DNA of 12,659 nucleotides from the NCBI GenBank assembly GCA_050486505.1, contig JBJHDK010000027.1, forward strand, positions 17,719-30,377, written 5' to 3'. The stretch is from Fibrobacteria bacterium. Its GTDB lineage: Bacteria; Fibrobacterota; Fibrobacteria; UBA11236. The position numbers and the translations under genes are program-made. Of this stretch, positions 1 to 6,130 are shown piece by piece (within the stretch, counting starts at the first letter, position 1; each line of letters starts with the position of its first letter). Below the pieces are notes generated by a model. That model ran no database searches and was not told where the DNA came from. It saw only the letters and a program-made list of their open reading frames with translations.

Positions 1-1
1 C

Positions 2-97
2 GGTCGCGACCACACCCTGTTCGCCCTCGCGGACGGCGTGGTGCGCTTCGAAGGCCGCGGCACCTCGAACCAGAAGGTCAGCGTCGTGTCGGCTTGA
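2..97 (+). CDS. rpmA: 50S ribosomal protein L27, C-terminal part (5' end outside window)
   Basis: Frame 2 reads [43 protein letters not shown] is the bL27 signature. Stop TGA at 95-97. Confidence 0.96.
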   Translation, partial: GRDHTLFALADGVVRFEGRGTSNQKVSVVSA

Positions 98-125
98 GCC
101 GACACCATTGCATGATGTTCCGTCA

Positions 126-175
126 GGCCATCGGGGCGCGGAGATCCGCACCCCGGGCTGGCCGCTTCTTCATTT
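126..175 (+). terminator. GC-rich stem-loop downstream of rpmA, possible weak terminator
   Basis: GGCCA 126-130 pairs with TGGCC 159-163, CGGGG 132-136 with CCCCG 151-155, and GCGG 138-141 with CCGC 146-149. It is followed by an interrupted pyrimidine tract (CTTCTTCATTT). Confidence 0.4.
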
Positions 176-203
176 CCTTCGTATCCTGTTCGTGCACGAG
201 TCG

Positions 204-230
204 GCCCTTCCACACCGGAAGGGCTTTTTT
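204..230 (+). terminator. Intrinsic terminator-like hairpin with U-tract
   Basis: GCCCTTCC (204-211), loop ACACC, GGAAGGGC (217-224), then TTTTTT (225-230): a perfect 8-bp stem plus 6 T. Confidence 0.75.
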
Positions 231-242
231 CGCAACCGACGC

Positions 243-2879
243 ATGAAGACAGCACGATCACGCCTCCTCCTCCTTTCCGGGGCCGCCGCCGTCTTTCTGG
301 CGGGCTGCCCGACGGATTCACGCCGCGACAGTTCCGACTTCCTGCGCTCACCCGTGACCTTCCGGGTCGATCCCGCCGCCACGGAACACCCTTACTGCAA
401 TGCGCCGGATCGCACCCCCTTTGCAAGCGTCCAGGAATGCAGGGATGCGGCCAAGTACGTCATTCGCTGGGAGCGTCCTGAAGATACCGTCGGCTTCGTG
501 GAGTACCGTGTGTACGTGGATACGATGCCCCCGAACGACCTCGAGGGGCGCCCGTGGAGCCAGGTCCGGCGGGATCGTACACTGGCCACCTATCTCCTCG
601 GTGCTCCTGCACTCCGCGCCGACAGCATCGTCTTCGTGATCGCGGACAGCGGAGCCGCACAGAATGTCGTGGATCGCGAAGCTCCCCGCATCTTTTCCCT
701 TGATACCACGGGCCGCATCGATCCGTCGGGGCGCCTCGTCTTTGCGGTCCTGGCGGCATACGGCGAATCGGGACGCACCGGGCTACCACGCTACACATGG
801 GTCATCACCGACGACCGCTTTGCCCCCTTTCCGTTGCAGCCGGTCATGACACCGCGCTCCCACAGTATCGAAATCAGCTGGATGCGCCCGCTCGATCCGA
901 CCAGTTTTTTCGATCCTGGTGCAGATTCAGGAATCATCCTGGCTTACACCCTTCGCGTGGTCCGCGGGGGGATTCTGAATGCGAACCGTCCTCCCGAAGT
1001 GTTCAGGCCGCAGGTTACATACATCTCGGGTGGACTTGATCGAAGCGCCGAGGTGCACGCCGACAGTTTCGGGGTCCGACGGGCACCTGCGTGGCGTTTC
1101 GTGCTGCCGGACTCCCAACGCGTCTTCAACCGTCTCGGCACCGATCCCCGCGACAGCATGCGGGTCGTGATCGACAGTCTCTACCCGATGGATACGGTCG
1201 ACATCAGTATTTGGGCGCTCGACCTTGCGGGAAACGCCACGGACTCTGTCGCCTTTACCCGTGTCCTTCTGACCGACACCACGCAACCAACAACTCCCCT
1301 GCTGCGGATCCAGCCCGGCAGCGTCACGCGCAACGGATTTATCTATGCCTTCACGGCAAGCCGTGATTTGGTGGAAACCCCCCAAGGGCTCGCCCCCGCA
1401 CCACTCCCCAATGCGAACATCATGGAGTACCGCGTCTCGCGAAGGCGAACAGGCGGATCCGCAGGCGGTGTCGCCGATCGCGACACGGTCATCCGCGTGA
1501 CATCATCGAACAGTGCCGACACGCTATTCATCGATACGGTACGTTACCTGCCGCCCGGCGCCGACTACCGTCTCTACGTGCAGGCCGTCGACTCGACCGG
1601 CCACCTTTCGGAGCGCGATTCCATCGACGTCTCCACGCTCGAATCCGCCTTCTCCGGCGCCGACAGCGGCGCGACCTGCCCTCCGGGTTTCATCCCGATG
1701 CCCGCGGGGAACTTTCTGTTGGGAGACACCTCCTCGGCAGCGGGTGCCGATGAGCGACCCTCGGGGTTTTTGCCCACGACTCCCCGCCACATCGGGTCAT
1801 ACTGCATCGAACCCTATGAGCACGCCGATCCCGTGACCGGCCGGTTCGTGAACAGGGTCACCTGGCAACAAGCCTACGACATGTGCGCGGCTCTCGATCC
1901 CGCGCACAACACGCGCCTGTGCACCGAGGCGGAGTGGGAGCGCGCCTGCAAGGGCACGCAGGAGCCCCCGCTGGTCTACGGGATCCAGTCGGAACGCCAG
2001 ACTCCCGGGGAGATCCGCTTCAGCTGCAACATCGGCACGGGGGACTCGACGATGGCCTTCGAAAGCTCGTTGCGCGATCCCACCTGCATCAGCCATGACG
2101 GCGCCTTCGACATGGCCGGCAACCTCGCTGAATGGGTGCTAGATCCATACGACTCCCTTTCCTACCGCAACGCGGGCGACACCCTGCAACCCGGGGTTCC
2201 CTTGACTTCCCCGTATTCGGCGGGAGCCCGGCGCGGGTTCCGCGGATATCACTATCTGAATCCCTTGCAGCCACCGAGCACGTTGCTGCGCTATGCACGT
2301 TGTTCCAACAGGGATTATCCCGTGCAACCACGGCCGCGCCCCTACCAGGGATGCGTCGACTCGACCTCCCCGATGCTCGTGGTGATCTACAACAACGATA
2401 CCAAGCCGCCACGCTGCCTCACCCTTCCCGATTCCCTCGCCAACCGGAACATCACCGACGTCACGCCTGCCGCCGACAGCAGCCAGATCTTCGTGCTTCT
2501 CGAAGGCGTGGTGCAGCCGGTCATTTTTCAACTGCCACCCGACAGCGTGTATACCGGGCCCGGGCTGCGCCCCAGGGAAGCCCTGCTGACTCCCCTGTCG
2601 CTGGCGATCGTCACCTTCGAAAACTCCGAAACCCTGGAAACGGTGATTGACACCCTCGATGCCTCGGAGTTGCGCAATGCGAGCGAATCCATGCTTGATG
2701 CGATTTTCTCGCGCGAGGCTGCCCCCCCTTGGTCTGTTCGCAAGGAGAACGGGAACTACGCGATCAACTACCTCTACGCGTACACGCGCATGCGCGGAGT
2801 CCCGGCACGAGCATACTACTCCAACGCAGCCCTGGGCTTCCGCTGCTGCAGCGACCCGGTTCCCCCTCCACCTCCCTGA
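243..2879 (+). CDS. Large lipoprotein with three fibronectin type III-like domains and a C-terminal FGE-sulfatase/SUMF1 (CLec-fold) domain, probably non-catalytic
   Basis: ATG at 243 gives the signal peptide MKTARSRLLLLSGAAAVFLAG-C with lipobox LAGC. FN3-like motifs: IRWERPED..EYRVY; IEISW..AYTLRV..IDSLYP..ISIWALDLAGN; DTTQPTTP..EYRV..LPPGADYRLYVQAVDSTGH. FGE motifs: CPPGFIPMPAGNFLLG, DERP, VTWQQA, RLCTEAEWERAC, FDMAGNLAEWV, RCSNR, LGFRCC. The two catalytic Cys of true FGE are absent after the RG motif. Confidence 0.88.
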   Translation: MKTARSRLLLLSGAAAVFLAGCPTDSRRDSSDFLRSPVTFRVDPAATEHPYCNAPDRTPFASVQECRDAAKYVIRWERPEDTVGFVEYRVYVDTMPPNDLEGRPWSQVRRDRTLATYLLGAPALRADSIVFVIADSGAAQNVVDREAPRIFSLDTTGRIDPSGRLVFAVLAAYGESGRTGLPRYTWVITDDRFAPFPLQPVMTPRSHSIEISWMRPLDPTSFFDPGADSGIILAYTLRVVRGGILNANRPPEVFRPQVTYISGGLDRSAEVHADSFGVRRAPAWRFVLPDSQRVFNRLGTDPRDSMRVVIDSLYPMDTVDISIWALDLAGNATDSVAFTRVLLTDTTQPTTPLLRIQPGSVTRNGFIYAFTASRDLVETPQGLAPAPLPNANIMEYRVSRRRTGGSAGGVADRDTVIRVTSSNSADTLFIDTVRYLPPGADYRLYVQAVDSTGHLSERDSIDVSTLESAFSGADSGATCPPGFIPMPAGNFLLGDTSSAAGADERPSGFLPTTPRHIGSYCIEPYEHADPVTGRFVNRVTWQQAYDMCAALDPAHNTRLCTEAEWERACKGTQEPPLVYGIQSERQTPGEIRFSCNIGTGDSTMAFESSLRDPTCISHDGAFDMAGNLAEWVLDPYDSLSYRNAGDTLQPGVPLTSPYSAGARRGFRGYHYLNPLQPPSTLLRYARCSNRDYPVQPRPRPYQGCVDSTSPMLVVIYNNDTKPPRCLTLPDSLANRNITDVTPAADSSQIFVLLEGVVQPVIFQLPPDSVYTGPGLRPREALLTPLSLAIVTFENSETLETVIDTLDASELRNASESMLDAIFSREAAPPWSVRKENGNYAINYLYAYTRMRGVPARAYYSNAALGFRCCSDPVPPPPP

Positions 2880-2892
2880 AGGCTCGGGGAGG
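2871..2892. terminator. Hairpin at the convergent lipoprotein/mutY junction
   Basis: CCTCCCTGA-AGGC-TCGGGGAGG: 9-bp stem with one G:U, spanning the TGA stop. No U-tract on either side. Confidence 0.35.
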
Positions 2893-2893
2893 A

Positions 2894-4036
2894 TCAGGTT
2901 CGCAGGATCTTGAGCGCCAAGGCGCTGCTCAGAAGGGATTCGGCGGCATCCGCCTCGACTTCCACCTCTGCTGCCGCTGTCGCACCGGTGCGCACCGCAA
3001 CCGCATCGACGACTTCAACCTCAAACCGGGTCGTCATGATCATGTGCCTCAGGCTTCCCGCCGCACGGATCCGGGACAACTTCCAGCCAGGGAAGCTCTC
3101 CGTAAAGCGTTTCTTCCAGCGGGCGGCATCAGTGCCCGTGAAGAACGGAAACATCAAGTGGCCGGCCAGAAAGGAACCGGGGGGGCGGGTTTCCAGGAGC
3201 AAGTGGCCGTCGCGCCGGGCGCGTACGGCCACGGCGGGGGTCGCTGACGCGGGCTTGCGTCGTTTCGGGGGAGGCACGATCCCGGTCCACCCGTGGGCAC
3301 GGGCACGGCAGATGCGGCGAAGCGGACATTGGTCGCAGCGCGGGGTTCCCGGAACGCATACCAAGGCGCCAAGCTCCATCAACGCTTCGTTGATCTCGCC
3401 GGGCTTCGGAGTATCGGCCCACAGACGCGCAAGCTCCCAGTAAACCTTCCCCTCCCGAGCCCCGTCACCCGGAAGAAATTCAAGCCCTGCGAACCTGCTT
3501 AAGACTCGCGCGACATTGCCGTCAAGAATCGGCTCCCGCTGGTCGAACGCAAGCGACGCGATCGCGCCCGCGGTGTATGGTCCGATTCCGGGAAGCCTGC
3601 GCCATTCCACCGCACCGAGGGGCCAGTGCCCTGATCCGGCCAGAAGCCGTGCGGCCCTGTGGATGTTGCGTGCCCTTGTGTAGTATCCCAGTCCTGTCCA
3701 GGCGCGCAGCACGGCCTCCTCGGGCGCCCCTGCCAGGGTGGTGACATCGGGGAACACCCCCATCCACCTTTCATAGTGGGGAATGACCACGGAAACCTGG
3801 GTTTGCTGCAGCATGATTTCGGAGATCCAAACGCGATAGGGATCGCGCCTCGATGGCACGGGAGACACCGGTTTCGTGCCTCCCCGACCGGCCGCAGCCC
3901 TCCATGGAAGCGCACGCGCGTGCGCACGGAACCACGCCCTCAAGGCCGGTCGCGCGCCGGGGATCAGGGGATTCAGCTCCTGCTGCGCGGAGGAGACGGC
4001 ACCATCGACCGACAAGGGGGTGGTTGGGGTTTTCAA
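2894..4036 (-). CDS. mutY: A/G-specific adenine DNA glycosylase MutY
   Basis: Motifs LPWR, DPYRVWISEIMLQQTQV, WTGLGYYTRARN, HhH LPGIGPYTAGAI, ILDGNVARV, NEALMELGALVC, and the [4Fe-4S] motif C-x6-C-x2-C-x5-C. C-terminal NUDIX-like region. The TTG start at 4036 is uncertain. Confidence 0.95.
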   Translation of the reverse strand: MKTPTTPLSVDGAVSSAQQELNPLIPGARPALRAWFRAHARALPWRAAAGRGGTKPVSPVPSRRDPYRVWISEIMLQQTQVSVVIPHYERWMGVFPDVTTLAGAPEEAVLRAWTGLGYYTRARNIHRAARLLAGSGHWPLGAVEWRRLPGIGPYTAGAIASLAFDQREPILDGNVARVLSRFAGLEFLPGDGAREGKVYWELARLWADTPKPGEINEALMELGALVCVPGTPRCDQCPLRRICRARAHGWTGIVPPPKRRKPASATPAVAVRARRDGHLLLETRPPGSFLAGHLMFPFFTGTDAARWKKRFTESFPGWKLSRIRAAGSLRHMIMTTRFEVEVVDAVAVRTGATAAAEVEVEADAAESLLSSALALKILRT

Positions 4037-4052
4037 GGTGGAAAATCGGGCT

Positions 4053-4087
4053 TGCTATACTTGGGTGGCCCCGAACCACCCAAAATA
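4053..4087. promoter_or_regulatory. Divergent promoter region with extended -10 and an inverted repeat
   Basis: + strand TGcTATACT at 4053-4061; - strand TATTTT at 4087-4082. Inverted repeat TTGGGTGG (4061-4068) / CCACCCAA (4076-4083) lies between them. Confidence 0.5.
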
Positions 4088-4113
4088 GAACCTGGACGCG
4101 TTTTCACCCTGAC

Positions 4114-5052
4114 ATGACGAAATTTCCCGCCCTCTCCCTGTCCCTGCTCATCGGCATGGCAGGGGCGTTCCCGAATGAGGGCGTGCGCCCCCAGCGTTTC
4201 GGTCCCTTTCTGCAGCATAGTCTTACGCTCGAGGGAAACCCCTCCGGCTACCAGCGGATCTTTCCCTTCGGCGGATACAACCTCCAGGCCGGGTGGATGG
4301 AACCCATCGCCATCGTGCCGGGAGCGCTCTTTCGGGGCAGCTACATCGAGACCCAGGGAAACGTCACGGTAACGCCCGGGCAGACGGATTTCGGAGTCGC
4401 TTTCAACCTGCGCCCCATTCGCTTCGCCGAGTTCGGCATCGCTTACAACCGCCTTTTCTTTCCCTATACGCTGGCGGGTTTCAGCACTCCCGATACCGCC
4501 CCGGCAGGCTGGCTTCCGGAGCCGCGAGCCTGGCGCCCTCCGCAGGTCTTCGACCTCGACAGGCTTGAGGCCGCAGGTGCCGATATCTTCACCTACCACG
4601 CGAACCTGACGTTCGATCTCGGCCGGGTGCAGGTTCACGGGGGCTGGGCCTACAGCATGTGGGATGTTGCCTCGAACCGACACGACCTGGTGCTCGATTA
4701 CGCCACGGGGCTGCTCATCAAGCGTCGTGACCGCATCTCCTCGCTTCACGCGCAGGCCCTGTACGTTCCGCAACCGGAATCGTCGATTCTCGGCTTCACT
4801 GCGGCTGGCTGGGGCATCCGACACCAATATCGGCAGACCGTACAGACGGACCTTTCACAGAGCCTGCTTTCCGCCGGCTTCACGGGGCTGCGCCGCGGTC
4901 GCAACGGAGAACGTCTCTACCTCGGTCTCGATGGATGGGTCGGTTACTGGACGGATCATGTCCAGTTGCAGGGGCGAGGCCCGGGAGAACGCCTGAACAT
5001 CGACCTGCGGTGGACCTGGAACATCCAGATCCTCGACCTGGCGGATTACTGA
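4114..5052 (+). CDS. Exported hypothetical protein, predicted outer-membrane beta-barrel (312 aa)
   Basis: ATG at 4114 gives a signal peptide-like N-terminus (MTKFPALSLSLLIGMAGA). Many alternating hydrophobic/polar strands rich in aromatics (FGVAFNLRP, EFGIAYNR, YHANLTFD, QVHGGWAYS, NIDLRWTWN). The longer ORF from 3853 would overlap mutY. Confidence 0.7.
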   Translation: MTKFPALSLSLLIGMAGAFPNEGVRPQRFGPFLQHSLTLEGNPSGYQRIFPFGGYNLQAGWMEPIAIVPGALFRGSYIETQGNVTVTPGQTDFGVAFNLRPIRFAEFGIAYNRLFFPYTLAGFSTPDTAPAGWLPEPRAWRPPQVFDLDRLEAAGADIFTYHANLTFDLGRVQVHGGWAYSMWDVASNRHDLVLDYATGLLIKRRDRISSLHAQALYVPQPESSILGFTAAGWGIRHQYRQTVQTDLSQSLLSAGFTGLRRGRNGERLYLGLDGWVGYWTDHVQLQGRGPGERLNIDLRWTWNIQILDLADY

Positions 5053-5882
5053 GCCGGCTTTCCGGCGGCGTCCTCGCCATTCCCGATCTCCGTATCCCTG
5101 GTCTCCCAGTAGGTTTCCGGCCTCACGGTAAAGCGCCCCGTAACGGTGCGCGTATGGTCACGAACGGGAGCGGCACGCACCGGTTGCAGCAAGATCCGCG
5201 CGTCGACGAGATGGTCTTCCCTGAAGAAGCGGATTTCGACGGGCACGTACCCGTCGCTTCCGCGATGGTAGCGCAAAATCTCCATCGTCCGGGGTGGGCG
5301 CCCGTCCTCGCCGGTGAACACGATGCGGCGGGGCAAAACCGGAGACTTCCCCAGCGTGAGGTCGATCGATGCGTAGAGTGAAGCGACTCCACGACGGGGA
5401 AGCAAGGTCAGCTCGTAGGTTGAATCCGTCTCCTGCAGGCGAAGGCACGCGCGAAAATCACGAGCGTAACCGAGTGGAAGCAGCGCGAGATCTTCGAAAC
5501 TGGCGGGACCTGACAAGACGGGTTTCCGCAACGAATGCGCAGGCAGTCGCCGCAGCCGGGAGGCTGTCCCCTCGCGCACCCAATGTTGAGCATCAGCAGG
5601 GCGTGCCCACCACTCGATTTCACCTGCGATGCCGGAAAGTTGCAGGCGGCGCTCCCCCTTCTGTTCGAGAAAGTCCATGCGCCCCTTGAGCGTATCGGTG
5701 CCGTTCAGGAAGGATTCACGGATCCAAGTGACCTCTGCCGCATGATCGGCGAAAACAAGGTTCTGCCGCGCGCGCGAAAGCAACAGGGCCGCCTCGGCAT
5801 CGAGCGATGCCGTTCGGGACGCAGGAGCGGCCATCACCGCCGAAACCGCGAACAAGGCCGGGGAAAGGAGTTTGAAAAACAC
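5046..5882 (-). CDS. LolA-like outer membrane lipoprotein-sorting protein (278 aa)
   Basis: GTG at 5882 gives a signal peptide (MFFKLLSPALFAVSAVMA). Segments RLRRLP..VLSGPASFEDL, YELTLLPR..SLYASIDL and LPRRIVFTGEDGRPPRTMEI resemble the LolA_like family. The stop overlaps the convergent gene by 7 bp. Confidence 0.72.
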   Translation of the reverse strand: MFFKLLSPALFAVSAVMAAPASRTASLDAEAALLLSRARQNLVFADHAAEVTWIRESFLNGTDTLKGRMDFLEQKGERRLQLSGIAGEIEWWARPADAQHWVREGTASRLRRLPAHSLRKPVLSGPASFEDLALLPLGYARDFRACLRLQETDSTYELTLLPRRGVASLYASIDLTLGKSPVLPRRIVFTGEDGRPPRTMEILRYHRGSDGYVPVEIRFFREDHLVDARILLQPVRAAPVRDHTRTVTGRFTVRPETYWETRDTEIGNGEDAAGKPAQ

Positions 5883-5912
5883 TCGCGGAGAGAATACAAA
5901 AACCGGGATAAA

Positions 5913-6002
5913 TGGCGGAAGGGGTGGGATTTGAACCCACGTTACGGTTGCCCGTAAATCGGTTTTCGAGACCGACGCCTTAAACCGCTCGGCCACCCTT
6001 CC
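5913..6002 (-). tRNA. tRNA-Ser (anticodon CGA), long variable arm, CCA encoded
   Basis: Reverse complement: GGAAGGG TG GCCGAGCGGTTTAAGGC G TCGGT CT-CGA-AA ACCGA TTTACGGGCAACCGTAAC GTGGG TTCAAAT CCCAC CCCTTCC G CCA; 90 nt, with all stems pairing. Confidence 0.97.
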
Positions 6003-6130
6003 AGAAATCCCGAGGATTGGCAAGGTTAGAAAAAAGGGACGAAGGACGGTAGATGGCGTTCCCTGATCTCGCCATTGCCCGAACCGGATGCAAATGCTAT
6101 GTCAGTTCCTGCGTTCACATTCACAGCATC

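Noticed and set aside
108..242. 45-aa N-terminal extension of the lipoprotein in the ORF track
   Set aside because: It uses a TTG start, runs through two hairpins and would bury the signal peptide. The ATG at 243 gives a clean lipoprotein signal.
2352..2825. Insert as an intein (CVDSTSPMLVV resembles block A; SN near the end)
   Set aside because: There is no TxxH block B and no terminal HN. The SN is followed by Ala rather than Cys/Ser/Thr and fits the host SNxxxGFR motif. The Cys residues more likely form a disulfide in an exported protein.
2280..2850. Diversity-generating retroelement targeting the CLec domain (AAC/TAC-rich codons near the C-terminus)
   Set aside because: I saw no reverse transcriptase and no template-repeat copy in the window. 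A remote DGR cannot be excluded without a genome-wide BLASTN of 2740-2850.
3853..4113. N-terminal extension of the barrel ORF
   Set aside because: It overlaps mutY on the opposite strand and precedes a better ATG with a signal peptide at 4114.
216..5923. Possible tRNA-Ser-anchored island (CGGAAGGG at 216-223 matches the tRNA 3' end at 5916-5923)
   Set aside because: The match is only 8 bp and is explained by the terminator stem. There is no integrase, and the interval contains the housekeeping gene mutY.
5883..6023. N-terminal extension of the LolA-like ORF (MPILGISGRVAERF...)
   Set aside because: This is the tRNA-Ser gene read as protein.
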